From: Patescibacteria group bacterium
Lineage (GTDB): Bacteria > Patescibacteriota > Patescibacteriia > PEXW01
Length of the DNA: 64,000 nucleotides
Direction of reading: 5' to 3'
Assembly (NCBI GenBank): GCA_041665345.1
Contig: JBAYJA010000001.1
Span: 137,206 to 201,205, forward strand
Shown in pieces: positions 38,234 through 48,110 of this stretch (its first letter is position 1; every line of letters starts with the position of its first letter). A program made the position numbers and the translations under genes. The notes below the pieces were generated by a model. It had not been told where the DNA came from. It did no database searches and worked only from the letters and a program-made list of their open reading frames with translations.

Positions 38234-38731
38234 TTACGAGAGTTCTATTTGCAACGCGGCTCGTGCGTCACGCGGGGTTCTTGCAGTACGGACGGTGCCC
38301 TTGAGTATTTTTTGGAAGAAGTTGAGAGCTTCGTCGGTAGGCCTAAGCAAAATGACTGGTACACCAGCCTTTATTGCGAAGCACACCTCTGAAGCCGTGC
38401 CTGGGCACATGCCGACCACCAAGATGACCTTGCAGGAAAAGGCGTTGATGAGGTTACGCCCTTCGCCAAAAGTCGTGATGATGGGGATGTCAACGTACTC
38501 TGAAATGGGATGCGTTTCTGAAGGGAGTTTATGGGGTAAGATGCCAATCGTCATCCCACCTCTTTCTCGTGCACCCTTGCAGGCAGCATCCATAACCCCG
38601 TGCGCCACTCCACCGGTGAGGAGGATGCACCCGAGTTCAGCAACAATTGTGCCTAGCGCATGTGCGTCAGCTTGCTCTTCTTGCGTCGCGCTCCTTCCAG
38701 GTCCCATAATTCCAATGATCGGTTTTTGCAT
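38234..38731 (-). CDS. LOG/TIGR00725-family nucleotide-binding protein
   Basis: IGIMG, LTGG..GVMDAACKGA..GG.TIGILP, RN, GTASE; GGAGG SD. Confidence 0.87.
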   Translation of the reverse strand: MQKPIIGIMGPGRSATQEEQADAHALGTIVAELGCILLTGGVAHGVMDAACKGARERGGMTIGILPHKLPSETHPISEYVDIPIITTFGEGRNLINAFSCKVILVVGMCPGTASEVCFAIKAGVPVILLRPTDEALNFFQKILKGTVRTARTPRDARAALQIELS

Positions 38732-38906
38732 TTTGTCCTCCAAGTGTTTTGTACTCTTTTGCTTTTTTAGTGAATGAAGGTGCAGGATAGCAGTGTCATC
38801 GCGTGAGGTCAAACCTGGTAAAAAAGCCCCGGTTCTCGCTAGCTTTGACGGCTGGCGAGACAAGGAGTAGGTTGGAGTCAAAGAGCTATTTTTCAAGGAG
38901 GTACTC

Positions 38907-39398
38907 ATGGGAGTCCCAAAATCTCTTGCAGCACACGCGCTTGTCCTGGGGGAAATGCCTGAGCCCGCGGTTCGGCCAACGTATGCCACAATCACGCAGT
39001 GGCACTGGCACCTGCCGTCAGCTCCTCAGCGCATTGCAGAGATCGTCGAACAAGTGGAAGCAACCCTGCAGAAGTTGCCTTTTGACACTTGGGCGATGAG
39101 CGATTTTGTCATCGCGGTTTCTGAACTCATTCAAAATGCTTTTCTGCACGCACCCGCGAATACGGAAACGCAGATTGAGGTGAGCGTGCTGTACGTCCCT
39201 ACCGTTGGGGTGTTTGTGGGAGTCAGTGACGCGCTGGGCCCGGTTCCCCCAGAGGTCTTCACCCAGGATTTGCAGACGATGGATAGGATGGCAGAGCACG
39301 GCCGTGGCTTCCCCATCATGCGTACCTTTTCCTCGCTCCTGTTTTATAACCCGCACGGAGAGTGGAAGGAAATTATTTTAGGCCTTGCGCAAACGTAA
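38907..39398 (+). CDS. Anti-sigma-factor-like GHKL ATPase (RsbW/HATPase_c_2)
   Basis: VSELIQNAFLH, VSD, EHGRGF.IM; AAGGAGG SD. Confidence 0.82.
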   Translation: MGVPKSLAAHALVLGEMPEPAVRPTYATITQWHWHLPSAPQRIAEIVEQVEATLQKLPFDTWAMSDFVIAVSELIQNAFLHAPANTETQIEVSVLYVPTVGVFVGVSDALGPVPPEVFTQDLQTMDRMAEHGRGFPIMRTFSSLLFYNPHGEWKEIILGLAQT

Positions 39399-39496
39399 AG
39401 TCATGAAGAGTACCGGTTGTCATCAGTGACGGCCGGTTTTTTGTAAATGAAAAGCCCTTCGGAAAGGAAGGGCCTGAAGAGCGTAGGATGAGCGAG

Positions 39497-40132
39497 CTAG
39501 CAGCTAAAAGTTGCATCCGCAAAAGTCAGATTTGCCTCGGCCAGGCGGGGCGTCAGGAAGGTAGCCAGCAGCTGGCGGAAAGTCGCTTGTTGCTTTTCGT
39601 CCAAGGGATTGTACAGTGCGCCCAATTCGACGCTGTGCTGCTCGTTGAAGTCGTAGCACTGCTGCCGGACAAACGCATCAAGGTTATCTTGGACGGTTCC
39701 TTTGGAGCGCCAAATTTTTCTGATGCTTGCGGCTAGGATAGGGACTACCATGGGAGTTCGCACCGTTACCTTGTAGGTTATTTCCCGCACCTTTGGGTTT
39801 GGCGTAATTGGCCGGACGGTCATCATTTTTGTCGTCATGCAAGCGCCCAAGGAAATGAAGGAATTATCTCTCCATGTCTTGTCTGAAACTTGAGTTTTTT
39901 TCTTGTATGTACGAATGAATTCACCACTCTGATTGAATTGGGCCGTGTTTGCTGGGGCCACTTCAGGGTCGAGGGTAGTAAAAAAACATACAAGAAAACC
40001 AAATAAACTGGCTACACACACGCTAAGCGCGATTGGCGTAATCAGACTCTCCTTCAGGCACATTGCTATGAACAATCCACCGAAAGCACAAAGGAACACC
40101 CATTGTGCTTGCCAAATTCTGTGAAATAGCAT
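39497..40132 (-). CDS. Hypothetical membrane protein
   Basis: Two N-terminal TM segments; AGGAGG SD; downstream terminator. Confidence 0.7.
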   Translation of the reverse strand: MLFHRIWQAQWVFLCAFGGLFIAMCLKESLITPIALSVCVASLFGFLVCFFTTLDPEVAPANTAQFNQSGEFIRTYKKKTQVSDKTWRDNSFISLGACMTTKMMTVRPITPNPKVREITYKVTVRTPMVVPILAASIRKIWRSKGTVQDNLDAFVRQQCYDFNEQHSVELGALYNPLDEKQQATFRQLLATFLTPRLAEANLTFADATFSC

Positions 40133-40245
40133 TTTTCCTCCTATATTTTTAGGTTTTTTCAATTCCGCTGAACCTATCTTAAGGCTAAACCCTTATTTGT
40201 CAAGAGAGTTGCCAGTCCTGGATTATTCGCTACACTACTACCAGT

Positions 40246-41478
40246 ATGTCTGATCTTACTGCACTTCACCAAGATTTTCCCATCCTTTCCCGTGTCATCA
40301 ACGGCAAGCCTTTGGTCTACTTGGATTCCGCCGCAACCTCGCAGCGGCCAGAAGCTGTGCTGAAGGCAATGGACGATCTGCAGCGCCACCACAACGCCAA
40401 CGTGCACCGCGGCATTTACCAACTTTCCGAAGAAGCCACGGCTTTGTACGAAGGCAGCCGGGAGCGGATTGCCAAGTTCATCAACGCCAAGAGCACGCAG
40501 GAAATAATCTTCACCCGAAATGCCACCGAATCCATCAACTTGGTGGCCTTAAGCTGGGCACGCCAAAACCTAAAGACTGGGGATGAAGTGCTGACCACGG
40601 AAATGGAACACCACTCCAACATCGTGCCCTGGCAAATGCTGGCCAAGGAGCAGGGGATTGTTCTCAAATTTTTGCCAGCATTACCTGAGGCAGGAATTTT
40701 GGATATGGCCAGCCTGGATAGCCTACTCTCAGCAAAAACCAAGCTCGTCTGCGTTGGGCACATGTCAAACTTGCTGGGCACCGTCAATCCAATTAAAGAA
40801 ATTGTGCAAAAGGCGCATGCCGTGGGCGCGAAAGTTTTGGTGGATGGTTGCCAGTCTGCGCCGCACATGCCCGTGGATGTCCAAGATCTTGGTTGTGATT
40901 TTTATGCGTTCTCCGGGCATAAAATGCTGGGCCCTTCTGGCATTGGCGTGCTGTGGGCACGGCAGGAAATAATGGAAAAGACGGAGCCAATTTTGGGCGG
41001 CGGGGACATGATTAAAGAAGTGACGAAAGAAGCGTCCACGTGGAATGATTTACCTTGGAAATTTGAAGCCGGGACACCGAACATTGTGGGCGTAGTGGGA
41101 TTAGGCGCGGCTGTGGATTACCTTACGGAAATCGGTATGCAAAATGTTTGGCAGCATGAGCAGGACATAGCTGCGTACGTTTTACCGAAGCTTACGGCCA
41201 TTGCCGGCGTTCGATTATTTGGCATTTCGCAACCAGACCCAAATCGCGGTGCTGCATTTTCTATTTGGATTGACGGCATGCACCCGCACGACATTGCCAG
41301 CATTTTTGACGAGCGGGGGATTGCCATCCGCGCCGGCCACATGTGCGCCCAACCCATGCTCGCCCGCTTGGGCAAACCCGCAGCAGCCCGGGCAAGTTTC
41401 TACCTGTACAACACCAAGGAAGAGGCTGATGCGTACTTGAACGCTATTGAAGATGCGAAGAAGGTGTTTGGAATGTAG
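40246..41478 (+). CDS. sufS: Cysteine desulfurase SufS
   Basis: YLDSAATSQ, MEHHSN, FSGHKM, FEAGTP, RAGHMCA. Confidence 0.96.
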   Translation: MSDLTALHQDFPILSRVINGKPLVYLDSAATSQRPEAVLKAMDDLQRHHNANVHRGIYQLSEEATALYEGSRERIAKFINAKSTQEIIFTRNATESINLVALSWARQNLKTGDEVLTTEMEHHSNIVPWQMLAKEQGIVLKFLPALPEAGILDMASLDSLLSAKTKLVCVGHMSNLLGTVNPIKEIVQKAHAVGAKVLVDGCQSAPHMPVDVQDLGCDFYAFSGHKMLGPSGIGVLWARQEIMEKTEPILGGGDMIKEVTKEASTWNDLPWKFEAGTPNIVGVVGLGAAVDYLTEIGMQNVWQHEQDIAAYVLPKLTAIAGVRLFGISQPDPNRGAAFSIWIDGMHPHDIASIFDERGIAIRAGHMCAQPMLARLGKPAAARASFYLYNTKEEADAYLNAIEDAKKVFGM

Positions 41479-41801
41479 AGGGAAGCCGCTCCGACGATTC
41501 GACGGGGTCGAATATCGGAGCCCCGACATCTCGCAAAGCGAGATCGTCGGGGTAAGCCGTAAAGCTGTAGGCCGTAAGCCAAGACCATCAAAACATCCAG
41601 AGCGGCTTTTCTAAGCCGCGGTGGTTATTTATTTCACAGAGCAGCAGAAATTTTGGTTCTCTAAAATACTTGGTTCGTGCAGACATAGTCCACCCGGTAA
41701 GGATTACCTCCCCGAACCCCTCCTTCGAAAGGAGGGGACGTGTTAGTGGTGGGATCCCAGCTCCGCCGGACGTGCTGGCACGTTGGTGGGGGAAAAATTT
41801 T

Positions 41802-41828
41802 GTGGGTAGTCCAAAGCCCTCGCTTTGG
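41802..41828 (+). repeat. GTAG-footed REP-like palindrome; inverted copy at 43412-43438
   Basis: GTGGGTAG(T/G)CCAAAGC-CCTC-GCTTTGG, 26/27 identical. Confidence 0.8.
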
Positions 41829-42067
41829 GTATTTGTTATGCAGTTTGAATGGGGACGTGGGTAGGTGAGGTCCCCCGCCTGCATCGCTTCTACGATTACG
41901 GCGGACAGGCTTGACCTCGCCTCACGGAGAACGCCCGGGTCAAGGGACCCGGGCTACCCATTTTTATTGACGTTTGTTCATGCTCGCACTATTCGTCCTT
42001 GACGGGACGCTTTTGATTGTGTAGATTCATGTGAATGCTCGTTGAAAATTTGTAAGGAAGGTATGGC

Positions 42068-42688
42068 GTGGAAAGTGGTTTTTTCTTTGGCTGGAATGCA
42101 GCGACTGTTGGTTTCATTGGGCTACTCTCGTGCACCGTCATTGAGGTATGGGGGTTGCTCCTGCAGGCGAAAACGATTTGGCGAAATCAGTCCGTACAGT
42201 CATTGTCTGTGTACATGTTGGGCTACCAGTTCATCTTTCTCATTATTGGGCTGGTGTACGGGTTTGCCATCGCGGATATTGGTGTAACCATCAACTCATT
42301 TTTGCTGGCTTTGTGCATGGCCATCATTCTCTGGGGTGTGCAGCTATTCCGAGGTTTTAGTGTAGGAGAAATTTTGTACCTCGCGGGTCTCATCGTCATA
42401 CTTGTTGGTGTTACGTTACTGCCGCAGAAGGATATTTCCTTCTTCGTTTGCTCTATCGGTAGCATCCTCACCTTCTTTGCTCAACCGTACAAGATTTGGC
42501 GATGCAAGGATGCAGGTGTCGTAGAGGTGAAGCTGCTCTGGGTACTTTTCATCAGCACCGTGTTTTGGACGCTCTACGCATATGGAACCGATAACTGGGT
42601 GCTGAAAATCACTAGCCCAAGCTTCTTAGTTGTCTTGGGTCTTACTATTGGTATCTGGATTCGGTATCGCAATCCAAAGTACCGGTAG
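42068..42688 (+). CDS. PQ-loop/SWEET-like seven-TM membrane protein
   Basis: Two repeats Q..(T/K)IWR..S/D...(L/V)...YG. Confidence 0.7.
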   Translation: MESGFFFGWNAATVGFIGLLSCTVIEVWGLLLQAKTIWRNQSVQSLSVYMLGYQFIFLIIGLVYGFAIADIGVTINSFLLALCMAIILWGVQLFRGFSVGEILYLAGLIVILVGVTLLPQKDISFFVCSIGSILTFFAQPYKIWRCKDAGVVEVKLLWVLFISTVFWTLYAYGTDNWVLKITSPSFLVVLGLTIGIWIRYRNPKYR

Positions 42689-42771
42689 ACGATGTACTAC
42701 TGTTCCGTCATGTAACGGTACTACCGCGATCCCGACGGTTTCGGGTAAAACATGAACAATGGAGGTGTGCG

Positions 42772-43335
42772 ATGAGTAATCGCATGTCTGCTGGTTGGCG
42801 ACCGGACGCCCCGTCACCTGATCAGCTCAAAGAGTTCTACGCGCAGATTGCGTCTGGGCGAATCACCGCTGTTCGGTTACAGCGATTGCTAGCGGAGAAG
42901 GTTTATCAGTTTACCGTTGACGGCACTGAACCAAGTATGGATGAGCTGTTATCCAATGGTTTACAAAGCCCTCACTATCTTGGGTATACTTGTCCTTCTG
43001 CATTTCGGAAAGAGTGGGGGAAGGTTAGGGTTACCGCAATCCTGCATGAACCCAAGCGGCAGACGACGCTGCAAAGGCAGCGCGAGGAGTGCGAGGACTT
43101 AGGGCTGCCTGAACTTGATCTGGCAATGAGCGTACAATTTTTTAAGAGTTTTCGACATCAACTGCGAAAGGGGTTAGTGATTTGCCAGTGTCAAGGAGTC
43201 GGAAGTCACGCTGGTAATGACTATCAGTGTATTGTGCAGAAGAACGAAGGGTTGATGGTCATTCAGTCAACAAGTCTCGGAGTGGATTTTCCTCAGGGAG
43301 CAAGATTTGTTCGCCTCCTGGCATTATCCCTCTAA
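42772..43335 (+). CDS. Hypothetical protein
   Basis: GGAGG SD; N-term QLKEFYAQIASGRIT; terminator downstream. Confidence 0.7.
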   Translation: MSNRMSAGWRPDAPSPDQLKEFYAQIASGRITAVRLQRLLAEKVYQFTVDGTEPSMDELLSNGLQSPHYLGYTCPSAFRKEWGKVRVTAILHEPKRQTTLQRQREECEDLGLPELDLAMSVQFFKSFRHQLRKGLVICQCQGVGSHAGNDYQCIVQKNEGLMVIQSTSLGVDFPQGARFVRLLALSL

Positions 43336-43667
43336 AGGATAAGTAGAATAGTATATTTTCCGCATCAACAAACGTTGGTGCGGTTTTTTATACTTGTGCA
43401 TTTGGTTCGGGCCAAAGCGAGGGCTTTGGCCTACCCACGGGTGTGGCGCGTTAAGTAGACGCCCGGGTCAAACCTGCCTCGCCGGCGGGCGGGGGATCCG
43501 GGCTACTCATCTGCGTACCCTAGAAAGGGCGCTCTGGGGGTGGTAAGGTAGGAGAGTCCCTTCATGGCCTCCTTCGCTGCAGCAGCTTCGGAGGCCGAGC
43601 AAGTTCCCATCGTTGACTAGCATTCGTGTGCATCGGCGCTGAAAGGTAATCTATAACTCAATGTATT

Positions 43668-44033
43668 ATGTATGACTCTTTGTTGTTAGATCACTACCAC
43701 CACCCGCGGAACACGGGCAAAATAGACCCGGCTGATGCCCAGCACCGCGAACCTAATCCGCTGTGCGGAGATGTGATTGAAGTTTTTCTGAAGTTTGATG
43801 CAGACGGTAAAGTATTGGAAGTAAAATGGACGGGCGAAGGCTGCGCCGTGAGCCAAGCTAGTATGTCAGTAGTGTCGGATACGTTGGTTGGAAAAACCAA
43901 GACTGAATTGGGTAAGCTTGGTGTGCGTGATGTTGAGCAGGCTTTGGAAACGACCATCAACCCAGCGCGGCTGAAGTGTGCGACATTGGGTGTGGTCGCG
44001 GTGCAGAAAGCAGTGGAAGGGAAGAAGGGGTAG
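43668..44033 (+). CDS. sufU: SufU/IscU-family scaffold protein
   Basis: LDHYHHPRN, NPLCGD, GCAVSQAS, RLKCATL. Confidence 0.93.
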   Translation: MYDSLLLDHYHHPRNTGKIDPADAQHREPNPLCGDVIEVFLKFDADGKVLEVKWTGEGCAVSQASMSVVSDTLVGKTKTELGKLGVRDVEQALETTINPARLKCATLGVVAVQKAVEGKKG

Positions 44034-44231
44034 AGGTTTTTGTTTTTGGTGGAGGTATAGATGAATGGTTTTGGTTGATGGGTTGTATGCGGGGTCCGCT
44101 TGCTTAAAATGAATACCTCTATCCATACATCTATCTAGACCCAAACCCTCTATCTCTTTTGTACCCTGTATTGCACGCATCGGGTACATTCGCTATCCTT
44201 ACCGTACTATCTCACCCTATTCGTTACATGT

Positions 44232-44450
44232 ATGCCATTCAAGAGCATTGTGGTTGACCGGGAAAAGTGCATTTCTGCTGCAAGCTGCGTGGCCGTGGCG
44301 CCAGAAGTATTTGAATTAGATGGCGAAGGCAAGGCGATTATTAAAAATGCTACGGGGAATGATGACCAAACCATCATTGATGCGGCAAAGGCTTGTCCGA
44401 CCCAAGCAATTATCATTGTTGATGAAGCTGGGAAGCAAATAGTTCCGTAG
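44232..44450 (+). CDS. Ferredoxin
   Basis: CISAASC..AP.VF...CPTQAI. Confidence 0.9.
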   Translation: MPFKSIVVDREKCISAASCVAVAPEVFELDGEGKAIIKNATGNDDQTIIDAAKACPTQAIIIVDEAGKQIVP

Positions 44451-44473
44451 TTTCACTCTATCCTTCACCGCAT

Positions 44474-44977
44474 ATGCGTACGACCGCGCGTTTTGCCGCC
44501 GTACTCGTGGTTGGGAGCGTACTCTTGGTTGGCTGTACTGCAGCGAACACGAATTCGGCAACGAACACCATTGTTGTTTTGGATTTGGTCAATGAACCTG
44601 TAGTGAACGTGAATAGCCAGGTAAATGTGAATGCTGCGCTAGGGAACGCTAACAGCAGCGCGCAGAATAGCAATGTGCATGCAACAAACGTGAATTCTGC
44701 CCTGCAGAGTACAAAGAAAGTGACCATCACCGCTACAGGTTTTTCTCCTGCATCACTCACAATCGCGAAGGGCACGGCTATCACGTGGACCAACCGTTCA
44801 GGATCGCCCGCAAAGGTTGCGTCAAATCCTCACCCAACGTCTACAGACTTGCCTGGGCTTGTTTCCGCCATCCTTGCTGATGGTGAAACGTACAGCTATA
44901 CTTTTACGCAAGTGGGCACCTGGGGGTATCATGATCATGAACATCCTACAGTGAAGGGGAGTATCATCGTTGAGTAA
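44474..44977 (+). CDS. Cupredoxin-domain lipoprotein
   Basis: Lipobox LVGC; FSP..LTI..G..ITW.N, GTWGYHDH. Confidence 0.82.
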   Translation: MRTTARFAAVLVVGSVLLVGCTAANTNSATNTIVVLDLVNEPVVNVNSQVNVNAALGNANSSAQNSNVHATNVNSALQSTKKVTITATGFSPASLTIAKGTAITWTNRSGSPAKVASNPHPTSTDLPGLVSAILADGETYSYTFTQVGTWGYHDHEHPTVKGSIIVE

Positions 44978-45002
44978 GTACTTCGTCACTAACCCAACGC
45001 CT

Positions 45003-45080
45003 ATGGCATGCATCGACTGCGGCCACGAGCATGAAGCAGGAACACCGTGCACAGTAGAGGGGTGTACTTGCGGGAGTTAA
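45003..45080 (+). CDS. 25-aa Cys/His-rich metallothionein-like peptide (not in ORF track)
   Basis: MACIDCGHEHEAGTPCTVEGCTCGS; followed by hairpin CTACGTTC..GGACGTAG and T-tract. Confidence 0.6.
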   Translation: MACIDCGHEHEAGTPCTVEGCTCGS

Positions 45081-45166
45081 GCGAAACGAACGAAAAGTGC
45101 TACGTTCCTTGGTGGACGTAGCCTTTTTTATCTCGTCGCATTGCCTTTACATGGTATACTTTGCAC

Positions 45167-46666
45167 ATGTTCATCCTTCGAGCCAAGCGTTTTGATTTGA
45201 GCACCGGCGGCCAACCTTTTGTGGTTGTACTGCGGAACGAGGACGGGAAGAATTTTGGCATTCACGCGGGTGATCGTATTGTCCTGCAGGTGGATGGGCA
45301 GAAGCTTACGGCGCAGGCTGACCTGACGCACCGGCGCGTGCGCGTGGGGGAAATTGGGTTATTCCGCGAAGTGTGGAAAGCGGGCAAGGTGAAAAATGGC
45401 CAACCCATTCGCATTGCCCCGCAAGGACGCCCGGCATCTATTGAAGCCATTAAAGCCAAGCTGTTGGGTAAGCACCTGCGGGAGCAGGACATGTTTGCCA
45501 TTGTGCAGGATATCGTCAACCATCGAATTGGGACAACGGAACTCACGTACTTCGTTGCCTCCAGTTTCTTCCGGGAGTACACGCATGCAGAGCTGTACGC
45601 GTTGACGAAGGCAATTGCCGAAACCGGGGATCAGCTGCGCTTTGGACCCAAGATTGTGGCTGACAAGCACTCGGTGGGAGGTCTGGCTGGAAATCGGACG
45701 ACCATGGTTGCCATTCCCATCATTGCTAGCTTGGGTATTTGCATTCCCAAGACATCGTCGCGCGCTATCACTAGCCCATCCGGCACAGCAGATACCATGG
45801 AAGTACTGGCCCCGGTTTCGCTGAGCTTGGAAAAAATTCACCGAGTGGTGAAGCAGCATCACGGCTGCCTTGTTTGGGGTGGGGGGTTGCAGCTCGCACC
45901 GGCAGACGACATTATCATCAAAGCCTCCCGCGCACTTTCCTTGGAACCGTACTCCAAGATGATTGTTTCCATTATGGCGAAGAAGGTTGCAATGGGCGTG
46001 ACGCACTTGGTGATTGATATGCCGTATGGCCCAACCACCAAGATTCCTGACCTGCGTACTGCGCAACGTTTGGGGACAAAGTTCCGGTACCTGGGCAAGC
46101 GTTTTGGCATAAAGGTCCGCGTGGCAATGATTGAAGCACGGCAGCCGGTTGGCCAGGGGATTGGCCCAGCCCTGGAAGCGCGTGACGTACTCCGCGTGCT
46201 GCAGCAGAAAGAGTACCGACCCAAAGACTTGGAAGAGAAAGCCATTACCCTGGCGGGTATGCTCATTGAATTGGTTGGCATGGCGCGGAAGGGCACGGGC
46301 GCTAGCGTTGCTCGGGATCAGCTGGTGAGCCTCAAAGCCTGGAAGAGCATGCAGGGCATTATTAAGAGCCAGGGTGGGAAGGCGGATTTGGATTCTGAAG
46401 ACGTGACGTTGGGAGCGAAGCGTTTGCGCGTGCACGCCACCCGTAGCGGGAAAATTCGTGCCATGAATAATCGAGCAATCGATGAACTAGCGCGCAGCTT
46501 GGGTGCGCCAGATGACAAGGTCGCTGGGCTGCACCTGCGCCATCGGTTGGGGGACAAGGTTGTGGCTGGTGAGGTGCTCTACACCTGCTACGCCAGTACC
46601 GCTGCTCGCCTGCAGTTAGCCGCTGCAGCAATGAAGCACGTGCGCGTGTATACCCTGGGGAAGTAG
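45167..46666 (+). CDS. AMP phosphorylase / thymidine phosphorylase family
   Basis: N-terminal extension; DKHSVGGLAGNRTT, PKTSSRAITSPSGTADTMEVL, GIGPALEARDVL. Confidence 0.92.
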   Translation: MFILRAKRFDLSTGGQPFVVVLRNEDGKNFGIHAGDRIVLQVDGQKLTAQADLTHRRVRVGEIGLFREVWKAGKVKNGQPIRIAPQGRPASIEAIKAKLLGKHLREQDMFAIVQDIVNHRIGTTELTYFVASSFFREYTHAELYALTKAIAETGDQLRFGPKIVADKHSVGGLAGNRTTMVAIPIIASLGICIPKTSSRAITSPSGTADTMEVLAPVSLSLEKIHRVVKQHHGCLVWGGGLQLAPADDIIIKASRALSLEPYSKMIVSIMAKKVAMGVTHLVIDMPYGPTTKIPDLRTAQRLGTKFRYLGKRFGIKVRVAMIEARQPVGQGIGPALEARDVLRVLQQKEYRPKDLEEKAITLAGMLIELVGMARKGTGASVARDQLVSLKAWKSMQGIIKSQGGKADLDSEDVTLGAKRLRVHATRSGKIRAMNNRAIDELARSLGAPDDKVAGLHLRHRLGDKVVAGEVLYTCYASTAARLQLAAAAMKHVRVYTLGK

Positions 46667-46671
46667 GGAAT

Positions 46672-46704
46672 TTGACAAGCCGGTTGAGCTGCTACATAAT
46701 GTAG
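46672..46704 (+). promoter_or_regulatory. Promoter with overlapping BlaI/CopY-type operator
   Basis: TTGACA 46672, 17 bp spacer, CATAAT; palindrome CTACA-taa-TGTAG 46692-46704. Confidence 0.75.
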
Positions 46705-46729
46705 TAGGCCTCTTCACTATTGCACACCT

Positions 46730-47116
46730 ATGCAGGGAAAACGCACAGTTCCAGGGCTAGGTTCACTCGAAACCGTCATAATGGAAGCCCTGTGGAAAAC
46801 CCAGGAAGCTTCGGTGCGGGACGTGCTGGAAGCAATTGGGAATGGGTATGCGTACACCACCGTCATGACCGTCATGCAACGCCTGCAAGAGAAGGGCGTG
46901 CTGCGTCGACGGCTGGTGGATGGTGCCTACCTCTACCAGGCAGTAGCAGCGCGTGACCAGTATGCGAAGGAGACGGTGCAGAAGATGCTCGACCAGCTCG
47001 TTGATGGTTTTGGTGATGTTGCCCTAGCACAATTCTTAGATACCCTAGACGAAGTATCACCCGAACGTTTGCAACGCTTGCGGACAAAGCTGCAGCAAGA
47101 AAAACGACGCAAATGA
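46730..47116 (+). CDS. BlaI/MecI/CopY-family repressor
   Basis: LGSLE..IMEALW, AYTTVMTVMQRL.EKG. Confidence 0.92.
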   Translation: MQGKRTVPGLGSLETVIMEALWKTQEASVRDVLEAIGNGYAYTTVMTVMQRLQEKGVLRRRLVDGAYLYQAVAARDQYAKETVQKMLDQLVDGFGDVALAQFLDTLDEVSPERLQRLRTKLQQEKRRK

Positions 47117-48090
47117 AGAGTACGCGTATACTCACATTGCAAGTCATGAGTGCTGGGTTACTACTCGGCACACTGCTTTGGTTGCTTGTGCAGTTTGTAC
47201 CTCATGCTTGGACGACGCTACAGGATGTGTCGCACGGCATTGCGTACGCTTGTACTGCTGCGTGGGCGACAATCACCCAGCAGCAACTGATCTTCACCAT
47301 TGTCGGCCTCAGCCTCATTGGACTTCTTGGTATTCGATTGGTAGTACAAGGATGGCAAGCAACCCGTCAGCAGCGAAAAGCATCCCCTGCGGAAGTTCCA
47401 CCATCTGTTGATGTGCTGTCCGTTGCTGCTGATGCAGGTTTGGATGTGAGTCGGCTGGGCATTGTGGACGACGAGCGGCCATACGCGTACACGCGCGGCA
47501 TTCGGTATCCAGAAGTTATGGTGTCTGTGGGCGCGTTGCAGCGTTTGACCCGGTCAGAATTGCGCGCTGTGTTGGAGCATGAAGGCCACCATCTACGAAC
47601 TCGGGAGCCACTTCGACGTTTGCTCATTCACCTGGCAACCCGTTGGTTGCCAGTGCGTCCACTCCGGCGGCAGCTGCTCACCAGTTACGTCATTGCATCT
47701 GAGGTGGAAGCTGATCTCCAGGTCCACAACCAGCAAGCTCTGGGTGAAGCGATTCTACGTTTGGGTCAATTGCCCGGCATAGCAACAGTTACGGTTGCGG
47801 GTTTCAGCCCACTGGATGCCAGAATTGAACGGTTACTCGATGCAACGTACCGGCCATCTTCGGCACTTTCCATACGTTACGTCTTTGGGGCACTGGCTAT
47901 TGCTATTGCGCTTGTCGTGGCTACTCCTAGTACACTGGCCGCATGGTTTGGCGGACAGCATATGCAGCAGACCTCTGCGCATTTGGCAGTCTGCAAGCAG
48001 GAGCATGAGCGGGCGCTCCAGTCCCAAGAGCGTGTGCAGACGTGTGGTCCGCAATCCACCCCACAATCTTGCATGGGTGTGCTTCACTAA
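47113..48090 (+). CDS. M56-family (BlaR1-like) metallopeptidase
   Basis: AVLEHEGHH, EVEAD, RIERL; TM segments. Confidence 0.87.
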   Translation: MKSTRILTLQVMSAGLLLGTLLWLLVQFVPHAWTTLQDVSHGIAYACTAAWATITQQQLIFTIVGLSLIGLLGIRLVVQGWQATRQQRKASPAEVPPSVDVLSVAADAGLDVSRLGIVDDERPYAYTRGIRYPEVMVSVGALQRLTRSELRAVLEHEGHHLRTREPLRRLLIHLATRWLPVRPLRRQLLTSYVIASEVEADLQVHNQQALGEAILRLGQLPGIATVTVAGFSPLDARIERLLDATYRPSSALSIRYVFGALAIAIALVVATPSTLAAWFGGQHMQQTSAHLAVCKQEHERALQSQERVQTCGPQSTPQSCMGVLH

Positions 48091-48110
48091 TTTCACTACA
48101 CTTTCTGCGC

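Noticed and set aside
45359-46435. Long antisense ORFs (also 52056-52982, 57425-58309, 36530-37324, 15515-16234)
   Set aside because: Shadows of well-supported + strand genes with no recognisable motifs.
45167-46666. Full AMP/RuBisCO pathway
   Set aside because: No R15P isomerase or RuBisCO in this window; cannot be claimed.
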